Virus record (IMG/VR): IMGVR_UViG_3300027608_000024
Span: 1-64,000 of that record
Length of the DNA stretch: 64,000 bases
Strand: one strand, 5' to 3'
Origin: a virus
Under the pieces are notes generated by a model. It ran no database searches and was not told the DNA's origin. It worked only from the letters and a program-made list of their open reading frames with translations. Numbering within the stretch: the first letter of the stretch is position 1; every line of letters starts with the position of its first letter. The position numbers and the translations under genes were made by a program. This document shows positions 1 through 8,765 of this stretch, piece by piece.

Positions 1-184
1 CCCAGTTGCCCAAGGCGCCGTCCTCACCGCTTTCCCAATGATTGACGGTAAAGGGGGATGCTCACTAGAGAAGTACCCAAACTAATCTAGACAACGGTGT
101 TAGCGGTCGGAACTAACATAAGGCCACCGACACTTATATCAAGAACTGGCTAGGTTCTTGGGCATCCGTTGTAGGTCATTGGCG

Positions 185-1196
185 TCTAATCATTAGATAC
201 TCATTAGGCGCCCAAGTTACTTGGTAGTAAGCAGGACTAAAGGGTACTACTTGGCCAGAGCGGTCAAGCGTGCTTTCTGCTCAGCAGTAGGCACGTATGA
301 CTTCTTGGTCAATGCCTCAGCCTTAGCCAATGCGTCGTCGAACTTCTCCGCATCGGTCTTGGCTACTGCCTTGTCCTTCAAGGACGCGTTGATCGCCTTG
401 ACGGCGCCCGCCCAAGTAGGTGAGTCACACTCGGTGCAGTAGACATTGAGCACTTCGTCAAGCACCTTGAGTGAGCCTGGCGCATTGAACGCCGAGTTCA
501 CTACCTTGGCAACTTCAGAAGGCGCAAGGCTTTCTGTCGGAGTCATTGACAGGATACGACCAAGGCGTCGGTAGATACCTACTTGAGCCTTGCTGACACC
601 ACTCTCCTTGCTGAGGGTGGTATCGGAGGCCTTGCTTACCCAAATAGATGGGGTGTAACCAAGGCGCTCTTCGTAGTTGGCTTGGGCTGACAGGAGAGTC
701 TGCTTAGCGTCTGCGATACCCCTGAGAGCGGTAACCGCATCGGCGTCGGAGATGATCTCCCACTTGGTCTTATTGAGTGTTGCAGTAGTCATGACGACCA
801 CCTTTCTTTGTTGTTGTTTGATACGTACGACCGTCGGATCTAACCATTAGATGGTGACTCATTGTTCGGCGTACTCATAGGAATAATTCCTAGATGATTA
901 CTAGATATGAACTAGATAATCCTGCTCACTACCAAATAACCTGGGCTAACCATTTAGAACTCTAATGATTAGAAACCATAGACCTATTTCTAGACCTAAG
1001 TTTGGGTACTCTTTAGTGAGCACCCCCCTGTAGTTCTCCCGCGCCTCTTTCCCCTCGTCTTACCTTATCCACAGGCTAGTCATTGCCCTGTGGATAACTC
1101 AGTCCTACTATCTACGCCCGAGGATATCCCGCATAGGATAGGGTGTCAGTACCTTAGGCGCCGTCTCGTGACTAGCGAGACCGTCTAACCATTAGA
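185..1196. repeat. Dispersed 13-bp palindromes TCTAA-N3-TTAGA (putative operators)
   Basis: Copies at 185-197, 839-851, 961-973 and 1184-1196; degenerate copy at 945-958. Confidence 0.75.
247..801 (-). CDS. Hypothetical protein with possible helix-turn-helix
   Basis: 184-aa ORF; AGAAAGG upstream; segment TTLSKESGVSKAQVGIYRRLG resembles an HTH. Confidence 0.6.
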   Translation of the reverse strand: MVVMTTATLNKTKWEIISDADAVTALRGIADAKQTLLSAQANYEERLGYTPSIWVSKASDTTLSKESGVSKAQVGIYRRLGRILSMTPTESLAPSEVAKVVNSAFNAPGSLKVLDEVLNVYCTECDSPTWAGAVKAINASLKDKAVAKTDAEKFDDALAKAEALTKKSYVPTAEQKARLTALAK

Positions 1197-1432
1197 CGCC
1201 CGTAGGAGACACCCCCTACATTAACCCACGCACGCATGGGACTTTGAGGCAGGGGCCACTCCCCGATGACTACCCAACTGCTGAATAGCCCTATTCCGAA
1301 CTGGGGGGGTACCTGTGGATAACTTTATATAGCCCTATTCACCCTGTGGATAACTATTACTGATGCAATGCTCCAACGCGCAGGTTGGGCCAACATATTT
1401 AAAATATACATCGCGCAACCGTCTGTGGATAA
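1065..1432. promoter_or_regulatory. Cluster of five perfect DnaA boxes (TTATCCACA)
   Basis: TTATCCACA at 1065-1073; TGTGGATAA at 1089-1097, 1314-1322, 1345-1353 and 1424-1432. Confidence 0.8.
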
Positions 1433-1446
1433 TGTAATATTCAACT

Positions 1447-1941
1447 ATGACGCTTAATCCACAACAATTTGCTTTGTACCACGGCACATCACTAGCCAGT
1501 GCTACAAACATCCTTAATAGTGGGTTTGACACTACCCGTCCGTCAATTAACGGTAAACGGTACGGCCAGGCCATGTACTTCACTGAAGACCCTGTAGAAG
1601 CTGCAGACTACGCCACTGATGTAGTTCCTCGTACTGGGGGCCGTCATGATGACCCATACACCGGCACTGTAGCCCCGCTAGAGCCTGGAGCTGTCGTTAC
1701 TGCAGAGTTGTCCCCTAAAGCTCGTTTGGCTACCTCAGATGACCATGGCGCAACCGTTAAAGCAAATCGTGATGGGGAATTCTTTGATGATGGGACTCCT
1801 CTACACGAACATTTAAAATCCCGCGGTTTCCATGGGTATAAAAAATCTGGCGTGAACAAGGAAGGTAAGCCTTACAGCACTGTTGCAGTATGGGACCCAG
1901 ACGCAGTTAAGGTTACCGGAGTTACTGGTAGCCTATCGTAG
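1447..1941 (+). CDS. ADP-ribosyltransferase (PARP/H-Y-E-like) fold protein
   Basis: LYHGT...ILNSGF...G.RYGQAMYFT...AADYA motifs; TAATAT 6 nt before ATG. Confidence 0.7.
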   Translation: MTLNPQQFALYHGTSLASATNILNSGFDTTRPSINGKRYGQAMYFTEDPVEAADYATDVVPRTGGRHDDPYTGTVAPLEPGAVVTAELSPKARLATSDDHGATVKANRDGEFFDDGTPLHEHLKSRGFHGYKKSGVNKEGKPYSTVAVWDPDAVKVTGVTGSLS

Positions 1942-1956
1942 ACTAAGGTATAAACA

Positions 1957-2628
1957 ATGAACGATCAAGACATTGCAGAGATGAACTCCATTACGTGGTG
2001 GCACCCTATAAAGATAGGTGACCAGACCACTCCTGGGTTGAGTGTTGTTGCAGAAGAGACATTCTTGCACCTAGGGCTTCCTGATGACCTGTCAGGGCTC
2101 TCTGTGCTTGACATTGGCGCTTGGGATGGTTACTACTCGTTTGAGTGCGAGAAGAGGGGTGCATCCCGTGTGGTGGCTTCTGACAAGTTCGTGTGGAGTG
2201 GCAAGGTAATTAGTGGAAACGTAGCCGTCGGTGACGCAGGTTTTGACTTTGCACACAAGCATCTTGACTCCAAAGTAGAAAAACTGGTTGCTTCAGTAGA
2301 GGACTTGAACCCAAAGAAGCATGGCAAGTTTGACATTGTTCTTATGCTGGGCGTTATCTACCATGCAAAAGATCCGATTGGTTATTTAGAGAAGGCCAAG
2401 GCCATGTCTAAGGGTTTGGTAGTCATTGAGACCCATGTAGACATGCTAGACATTAACTACCCAGCTGCTCGTTACTATGTAAACAACGAGTTAAACAGTG
2501 ATGATACTAACTTCTGGGGGTTTAACTCTGCTGCAGTATTGGGTATGATGTCTGACATTGGTTACAAGAACATTACGGCAAGCCCCGCAATGTTTGGTAC
2601 CAGGATGATTTTTACAGGCACTGTTTAA
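1957..2628 (+). CDS. Class I SAM-dependent methyltransferase (CmoB/DUF1698-like)
   Basis: VLDIGAWDGYYSF motif I; FDIVLMLGVIYH. Confidence 0.85.
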   Translation: MNDQDIAEMNSITWWHPIKIGDQTTPGLSVVAEETFLHLGLPDDLSGLSVLDIGAWDGYYSFECEKRGASRVVASDKFVWSGKVISGNVAVGDAGFDFAHKHLDSKVEKLVASVEDLNPKKHGKFDIVLMLGVIYHAKDPIGYLEKAKAMSKGLVVIETHVDMLDINYPAARYYVNNELNSDDTNFWGFNSAAVLGMMSDIGYKNITASPAMFGTRMIFTGTV

Positions 2629-2669
2629 AATAGAGTAATATAGAGCAACAGATCTTCTAGGAGGCAGTA

Positions 2670-3014
2670 ATGGCATCAGACCACAGGGGCAAGCCCTTAC
2701 ATGCAGGTAAGCGTACCGACGACGAAATGCACGCTCAACAAACACAACGACCTACTCCTCGTTTGGTAAGTGCCCTTGGTGCATTGTATGGTACATCAAC
2801 ATACCGGGACCCTGACACAAACCAAGCTCGAATGGTTACTCAAGATACTATTAACAATTACCGAAATGCTCGTGACGAACAGGCCGCTAACCCCCCAGCA
2901 CCTGGCCAACTTCGCTACAACGTGGAAGGAATGCAGAAAGACATTCGTACTTCCTTGACTGCTCGTGATCCCGAGTACCTAGACGCCCTAAACGACCACG
3001 GTCAATCTTACTAA
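2670..3014 (+). CDS. Hypothetical protein with MASDHRG N-terminal tag
   Basis: AGGAGG RBS; N-terminus shared with the next gene. Confidence 0.75.
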   Translation: MASDHRGKPLHAGKRTDDEMHAQQTQRPTPRLVSALGALYGTSTYRDPDTNQARMVTQDTINNYRNARDEQAANPPAPGQLRYNVEGMQKDIRTSLTARDPEYLDALNDHGQSY

Positions 3015-3024
3015 GGAGTAACTC

Positions 3025-3675
3025 ATGGCATCAGATCACAGAGGAAACCACGTCCACGCTGGAAAGCGCACTGACGATGAAATCATGGCAAACCCCTTCT
3101 ATATTGCTGGCGACCCTTTGTTGCAGAGCGCAAAAATGGACAAGATGCAGAATCCAGTTCCTAATAGCTCTCCAGTAGGCCAAAACCCAGTTCCTAATAG
3201 TGCTCCAAGCTCACAGGTTCCTAATAGTAGGCCATCAACCAGTGTGCCTAATAGCAGGCCAATGGGTCGCTTTCAAGTTCCTAACAGCAAACCAGTGGGA
3301 CAAAATCCAGTTCCTAATAGCAAACCTTCATCGGTAAAAGCTCAGGCTAATGAGATCATGGGTTATGAAACTGGCAAAGTTCCTCCCATGGTTACTGCTA
3401 AGGGTGTTAAAGAGACAGCTACTAATGCTGGAAACAAGATTGCTAACAGTGGTTATGGCAGCGCAGCAATGGCTGGTGCTGCTGCTGGAGGTGTACTTCT
3501 TGGTGGTGGCATCAACTTGGCGGCTGGTGAAGTTGGCCATCCTGCAGAAAACCTTCCAGTTATGGATACCCCGCAAGTAGCAAAAGGTATGGTAGCTGGA
3601 GCAGCCCTTGGCGTAGCAGGGAAGTTTATTAATGACACCCGCAAAATGTCTAAAGGTTCTCGTAAGCAAAAATAA
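3025..3675 (+). CDS. Hypothetical protein with MASDHRG tag, VPNS repeats and Gly/Ala-rich C-terminus
   Basis: AAGGAG RBS; six VPNS units; glycine-zipper-like GAAAGGVLLGG. Confidence 0.75.
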   Translation: MASDHRGNHVHAGKRTDDEIMANPFYIAGDPLLQSAKMDKMQNPVPNSSPVGQNPVPNSAPSSQVPNSRPSTSVPNSRPMGRFQVPNSKPVGQNPVPNSKPSSVKAQANEIMGYETGKVPPMVTAKGVKETATNAGNKIANSGYGSAAMAGAAAGGVLLGGGINLAAGEVGHPAENLPVMDTPQVAKGMVAGAALGVAGKFINDTRKMSKGSRKQK

Positions 3676-3753
3676 TAAAGCACCGAGATAACCGCTAATG
3701 GCGTGTAATAATGAGTGTGAAACTATTTTCTAAAGATTGTGTACGGTGTTAGC

Positions 3754-4035
3754 ATGGCCAAAAAGAATAACCAACAACCACTTGACCCATCTTTAGACCC
3801 TAGTGCTCATGGTTTAGCTAGGGAGTACGAACACTTTAAGTTTAACCGTCAGCGCAAAATCACTGAAGGTAAGTGGTTAGGCACACCTGGCAAGACACGT
3901 GACTTTGATTATGATAAGTTCGACGACGACTACCACGCACAAAATGGTAAATGTTGCAATTTAGGAACACGTAGTGGTAGTTTCAGCCATGCAACTATTG
4001 GTTGTGGCTGTACAGGACAACTTCCGGAGGAATAA
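3754..4035 (+). CDS. Hypothetical protein, Cys/His-rich C-terminus
   Basis: ATG at 3754 lies 6 nt after TACGGT. Confidence 0.6.
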   Translation: MAKKNNQQPLDPSLDPSAHGLAREYEHFKFNRQRKITEGKWLGTPGKTRDFDYDKFDDDYHAQNGKCCNLGTRSGSFSHATIGCGCTGQLPEE

Positions 4036-4247
4036 TGGACTTTAACGAGTGGCTTAAGCTAGGTATGGATAATAGTTGGTGTGGCCCCGCTGTGTGCGAA
4101 ACCCATGATGGTTTGCCTATGAGCGAAGAAGAAAACGAAGAGTTCTGGGAAAGTGATCCTTGTATTCACATTATCCGTCTTTACAACGATGAAACCCATC
4201 GTTTAGCAGTGGAAGACGCGCATTCTCCTTCAGTTTGGCGCAAATAG
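4035..4247 (+). CDS. Small hypothetical protein (CxTHDG motif)
   Basis: TAATG coupling to previous gene; GGAGG RBS. Confidence 0.65.
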   Translation: MDFNEWLKLGMDNSWCGPAVCETHDGLPMSEEENEEFWESDPCIHIIRLYNDETHRLAVEDAHSPSVWRK

Positions 4248-4255
4248 TTCTTTAA

Positions 4256-4888
4256 ATGCCAGATTTGCATCATTTTTATCACGTCTATGCAGACGGTGAT
4301 TGGAAAATGTGCGTCCCAAACCACATTAGGGCGCTTACAGAGTACGGGTTGTACGACAAATTAACGTCATTTAACGTTGGCCTTGTAGGTAAAACTGAAA
4401 ACATACAAGAAATCCTTGATTATTTAGACCAAACTAAGGTCAAATACAACGTTATTGCCTCTTCACCTACTGGTTTTGAGCAAGAAACGCTAGATCCGTT
4501 GTGGGAAGCCGCAAAAAGCATGGAAAATGACTACATTTTGTATGCACACACCAAAGGTTCGGCTTTTTACAACCCCGTTAATGACCCTTGGCGTCATGGA
4601 ATGACTAGAAAGCTAGTTGTTGAGTGGGAACGTTGTATAAAAACACTAAATATGGGATATTCAACTGTTGGTTGCCACTTTTACCGCATAAATCCGGATA
4701 ACCCTAACCCTTTTTGGGGTGGAAACTTCTGGTGGATCAATTCTGAGCATGTAAAAGCATTAGAAAAAGTATCAAGAGAGCACAGACACTGTGCAGAAGC
4801 CTGGATTGGTAGCGTACATGGTCAAAGTGTGTTTAAACCCTTTGATATCTTTCCAGTTGTTATTGGGACCGCAACTGAACCTTATTAA
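4256..4888 (+). CDS. Putative glycosyltransferase-like protein
   Basis: ILYAHTKG and GGNFWW motifs, typical of viral GT-like proteins. Confidence 0.6.
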   Translation: MPDLHHFYHVYADGDWKMCVPNHIRALTEYGLYDKLTSFNVGLVGKTENIQEILDYLDQTKVKYNVIASSPTGFEQETLDPLWEAAKSMENDYILYAHTKGSAFYNPVNDPWRHGMTRKLVVEWERCIKTLNMGYSTVGCHFYRINPDNPNPFWGGNFWWINSEHVKALEKVSREHRHCAEAWIGSVHGQSVFKPFDIFPVVIGTATEPY

Positions 4889-5966
4889 GTCTTTCAGCCA
4901 TACGAGTGCCACAAGCTTCTAATGAGAACTTTTCTTCCATGTCTTTCTTGGCTTGTTCTCCAAGCTTTTTGGCGGCAGTGTCATTTTCATAAACGTAGCG
5001 CATTGCCTTAGCTGCCTCATCTAAGTTTGGCTCAGCCCATCTTGCATCAGCTTGATAAGGAAAAGCATTAGGTCCAGCAAGGGTGTACTCCCACGGAATG
5101 GCAATAGAGTTGTTTTCATTCATAAAATCCATGTTTCCTGAATAACCAGTAGCAATAACAGGCTTACCTAGGCACATAGCTTCAGAAATAGTCAACCCAA
5201 GACCTTCTGAACGGTGTAAAGACACATAACAATCACATAAGTTGCGCAATGAGCTAACAATAGCGTGGTCAAAGTGCTCACTAAAGAAAATAATGTCTCT
5301 ACGTCCTTCTGCGTGAACCATTAAGTTACCCAATGCATTAGGGAAAGTTTTGTCGTTTACAGACTTAACTACTAATATTGGGCCTTCATTTTCTTTAAAA
5401 GCTTTCTTAAAAGCTTCTAAAACTCCGTAAGGGTTCTTGCGAGCAGTACTGCTACAGAAATCAAACGTAAACAAAAACATAAACCTGTCGTCACTTATGT
5501 TGAAGTTCTTGCGCTCAACTTCCTCATTAACTTTAGGAGGCAATAAAGGTAATGGCATGTGTGTAACTTTTACATGTTCAGGAGCGTACTTAGATAAACT
5601 AGCCTGAATAAACTTAGTTGGTGCCCAAAGTTCATTAACGTGTTGATACCCCATGTGATGTTGCTGTGGAAATTCTTCTAACTCCCAAAACCACTGGCCA
5701 ATGACATACCTACTACGGAATGGTTCAATACCAAATTGGTTATAAACACCAGGTATTTCACTTGCATTTGTTGAAATAATTGCAGCGTCATGTCTAAACA
5801 CATTGTCTGTTGGAAAATAGTGTGAATTTCTGTGATTAGGTACTGTAGTCAATAAGGTTGAGACAGGGTAATTAACACTACGAAGGGCTTTTACAAGAAG
5901 TCTTCCCGCTTCACCAAGCCCAAATTCACCACTAAAGAAACCAACTACGTCTACTCCTGATGCCAT
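4860..5966 (-). CDS. GT-B (GT4-like) glycosyltransferase
   Basis: RKNP; DCYVSLHRSEGLGLTISEAMCLGKPVIAT (EX7E motif). Confidence 0.9.
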   Translation of the reverse strand: MASGVDVVGFFSGEFGLGEAGRLLVKALRSVNYPVSTLLTTVPNHRNSHYFPTDNVFRHDAAIISTNASEIPGVYNQFGIEPFRSRYVIGQWFWELEEFPQQHHMGYQHVNELWAPTKFIQASLSKYAPEHVKVTHMPLPLLPPKVNEEVERKNFNISDDRFMFLFTFDFCSSTARKNPYGVLEAFKKAFKENEGPILVVKSVNDKTFPNALGNLMVHAEGRRDIIFFSEHFDHAIVSSLRNLCDCYVSLHRSEGLGLTISEAMCLGKPVIATGYSGNMDFMNENNSIAIPWEYTLAGPNAFPYQADARWAEPNLDEAAKAMRYVYENDTAAKKLGEQAKKDMEEKFSLEACGTRMAERLNKVQLRSQ

Positions 5967-6017
5967 TTTATTCTCCGTTAGTCTTGTAACTACCTATTAA
6001 AGAGATAGTATACCCTC

Positions 6018-6854
6018 ATGTCTTTTACACTTAAATGGAATGGTACACATATTTATCAAAAATTTGGGTCAAAAGTTAGCCACATGTGCAGCTCCAAACA
6101 CTTTGAAGAACCAGAGTTTATTCGGTTAATGAAAGCCCTAGATGAAGGTCATCAAATGCACAGAAAACTGTGGGAGTTTGTTTCAATAGCAAAATTAGTT
6201 GAAGAGCACCATGATGACCCAGTTAATAAAAACGCAATAGGTTTTGGGGTAGGTAAAGAACCACTTGTCTCTTTGTTTGCTAAATGGGGTTACAACGTAT
6301 TAGCAACAGATCAACCTACAGGTGGAACATCGGTTGATTGGGAAAACAGCAATCAACATGCAGCATCATTAGATGATGTTTTTAAAGTAAATATCATTAA
6401 CAGAGAAACTTTTGACTCTAAAGTTAAGTTTAAACACATTGATATGACAGCATTACCAGATAATATTGGTAAATACGACACAATTTGGTCTTCTTGCGTA
6501 GTAGAGCATTTGGGTAGTTTTGAAAAAACTAAAGAGTTCCTTCTTGCCAGCTACAAGATGCTTAATCCTGGTGGAATTTCAGTGCACACAACTGAAATGG
6601 AATTGACTGAAAAAGAAACAATGAGGGACTACGGGTACAGCGCAGTATTTCGTACTATTGAACTTTTGAATATTAAAGCGCAGTTAAAAGCAATGGGTGC
6701 AGAGATCGAAATGAGTTTTTACACACCAAATGCAGACGAATTTGATAATCACATAAGCACCCCTCCGTACGACTTTGATAAACCCCATTTAAAGCTGTTA
6801 CTGGGGGACTCTGTAACTACTTCATTTATGATTGTGATTAAAAAGCCAATCTAG
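6018..6854 (+). CDS. SAM-dependent methyltransferase
   Basis: AIGFGVGKE, YDTIWSSCVVEHLG and LNPGG motifs. Confidence 0.8.
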   Translation: MSFTLKWNGTHIYQKFGSKVSHMCSSKHFEEPEFIRLMKALDEGHQMHRKLWEFVSIAKLVEEHHDDPVNKNAIGFGVGKEPLVSLFAKWGYNVLATDQPTGGTSVDWENSNQHAASLDDVFKVNIINRETFDSKVKFKHIDMTALPDNIGKYDTIWSSCVVEHLGSFEKTKEFLLASYKMLNPGGISVHTTEMELTEKETMRDYGYSAVFRTIELLNIKAQLKAMGAEIEMSFYTPNADEFDNHISTPPYDFDKPHLKLLLGDSVTTSFMIVIKKPI

Positions 6855-6876
6855 GTATCCCTGATATACTTAACAA

Positions 6877-7035
6877 ATGCTAGTAACTTACACCATCCAC
6901 ACCCCAATGCTGCATGATGCACGCTCACAAGCTATGAGTCAAGCAGCAGCTCAAGGGTGGAAGCGCATAAGTGTTACAGCGGTCAAGAAAGTTGGGCCAC
7001 AAACCTACGAAGTATCTGTCGTTCTAACTTCCTAA
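6877..7035 (+). CDS. Small hypothetical protein (52 aa, not in ORF track)
   Basis: MLVTYTIHTPML...; TGATATACT 6 nt upstream; TAATG-coupled to next gene. Confidence 0.6.
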   Translation: MLVTYTIHTPMLHDARSQAMSQAAAQGWKRISVTAVKKVGPQTYEVSVVLTS

Positions 7036-7163
7036 TGTCGGACAGTAAATGTGACACATCCACTCAGTGCGTGTACTGCGGTGGGGAAATGAAGCCTGAA
7101 CACGCACATTACCGTTGTACTGAGTGCGGGCAAAGAGACGCCTGCTGTGAAGGAGTATATTGA
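7035..7163 (+). CDS. Small zinc-ribbon protein
   Basis: CVYC...CTEC...CCEG. Confidence 0.6.
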   Translation: MSDSKCDTSTQCVYCGGEMKPEHAHYRCTECGQRDACCEGVY

Positions 7164-8452
7164 TCAGAAAAGCCTTTCGGAGTATCATAAGTATCTCAAG
7201 ATGGTCCCTTATAGCTTTATCAATATTTCCAATAGCCTCAGCACAAGCTGATGGCAGAATAGTAGTTACCGAACCAACTGACTTTTGGGTTACTTTTGAC
7301 GTACCAACTCAGTTTTTGGCAATAACATATCAATCTGATACTTTTCCGTCAGATCCTCAACTCTGGTTATACACAGAAGATGGGGTGTTATTGGTTACCA
7401 ATGACGATTTTGTTGGGTTACAGTCACGGATCGAAATAGAAGTACCCGCAGGTCAATACCGTTTACGGGCATCTACTTGTTGCTACGAACCTGATGTATG
7501 GCGTGATGGGGTTGTTTGGAACATCCAATATGAATTGTCATACAATGGGTTGCAGAGTAATTCACCAACCACTACTATTCCAGAAACAACCACAACTGTA
7601 CCGGAGACTACAACAACATGGCCGGAAACTACAACATCCACAACGTCAACGACGACGAGTACTACTACTGCCCCAACAACGACTGTGCCTGTAACGGAAC
7701 CCCCGACAACAACCACGGAACCAACGACTACAACCAGCACAACCTCGCTGCCTTTGGAGACTACGAGCACTACTGTTGCGGACACTGTGGCGCCTTCTAC
7801 AACGCCTACGACGAACCCATCTGTGACTATTGTGGAGCCCCCTCAAACTTCTCTGACTCCTACAACTACTTTAAGTCCCTTTTTCCCGACACCCTTGACG
7901 ACCTTGCCGAACACTACGACTACATCTTTGGCTCCTACAACGACGGAGACGACTTCCATCCCGGATACAGAGCCGCCTACGACGAATACCGAACCACCAA
8001 GCGTAGTAATCCCAGATGACCCCACGCCAGAGGAAATTAATGAATTAGCGGAAGAATTAGTCTCATCAATTGATGAGCTATCTGACGAAGAGATCACTAA
8101 CCTAGTAGAATCTATTGATGTCAGTTCACTAACCGAGGAATCAATCTCCGCTGTCTTTAGCGAAGAAGTACTTAACGAACTATCTGATGACCAGGTTACA
8201 GAACTTATTGACGCAATTGTCCCAAGCGAATTGTCTGATGATCAGGCTTTGGCGCTTTCAGAAGCACTAACAGATGCCCCAGACAGCGTAAAACAAGAGT
8301 TTGAGCAACAGATTGACGTATTTGGTGGACAGTTTGATACATACGTAGCAACTGGTTCTGCCGTTCCAGTAGGTGCACGACGAGTAATTGTTGCCGCAGC
8401 CGTTGCTGCTTTTGCAATGCCAGCCCCTTCTAGCTCCTCAAGGAAGCAATAA
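7160..8452 (+). CDS. Exported Thr/Pro-rich (mucin-like) membrane or surface protein
   Basis: Signal-peptide-like N-terminus (ASAQA); PPC-like beta domain; long T/P/S tract; acidic ELSDDQ repeats; hydrophobic C-terminus. Confidence 0.75.
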   Translation: MIRKAFRSIISISRWSLIALSIFPIASAQADGRIVVTEPTDFWVTFDVPTQFLAITYQSDTFPSDPQLWLYTEDGVLLVTNDDFVGLQSRIEIEVPAGQYRLRASTCCYEPDVWRDGVVWNIQYELSYNGLQSNSPTTTIPETTTTVPETTTTWPETTTSTTSTTTSTTTAPTTTVPVTEPPTTTTEPTTTTSTTSLPLETTSTTVADTVAPSTTPTTNPSVTIVEPPQTSLTPTTTLSPFFPTPLTTLPNTTTTSLAPTTTETTSIPDTEPPTTNTEPPSVVIPDDPTPEEINELAEELVSSIDELSDEEITNLVESIDVSSLTEESISAVFSEEVLNELSDDQVTELIDAIVPSELSDDQALALSEALTDAPDSVKQEFEQQIDVFGGQFDTYVATGSAVPVGARRVIVAAAVAAFAMPAPSSSSRKQ

Positions 8453-8637
8453 TGATTAAGAAATTCTTTAAAGAAACGTCCGCACTTGCCTGGACTCTTG
8501 GAGGAACAGGTTTAGTACTTATTACATTAAGTGGCCCAACAAAGGTCCTAGGTATTTGGATCTCAGTTATATCTTTGGTTGGCCATTTCCTGGGAGTTAT
8601 ATTCAGCCCAGAAGAAGAAGGGGAAGATGAAAAATGA
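8452..8637 (+). CDS. Small two-TM membrane protein
   Basis: Two hydrophobic segments; TAATG-coupled. Confidence 0.7.
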   Translation: MIKKFFKETSALAWTLGGTGLVLITLSGPTKVLGIWISVISLVGHFLGVIFSPEEEGEDEK

Positions 8638-8765
8638 AAAAAGTTGTACTATTATTTCTATTGTTAAGCGTTTCCGCATGCACCGACAGATACAGGAACC
8701 CCGCAGATGACCCAGCCAACCAGACCACAACGATCAGTCCCGTCGCGCAAACGCCTCTCCCCTGA
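8634..8765 (+). CDS. Small lipoprotein (43 aa, not in ORF track)
   Basis: MKKVVLLFLLLSVSAC lipobox; ATGA overlap with upstream gene. Confidence 0.65.
   Translation: MKKVVLLFLLLSVSACTDRYRNPADDPANQTTTISPVAQTPLP

Noticed and set aside
1957-6854. Methyltransferases as DNA modification or restriction-modification enzymes
   Set aside because: No DPPY/NPPY or PC motifs; they resemble small-molecule or glycan methyltransferases
7483-8417. Antisense and alternative-frame ORFs over the Thr-rich gene
   Set aside because: Shadows of ACN-rich low-complexity codons
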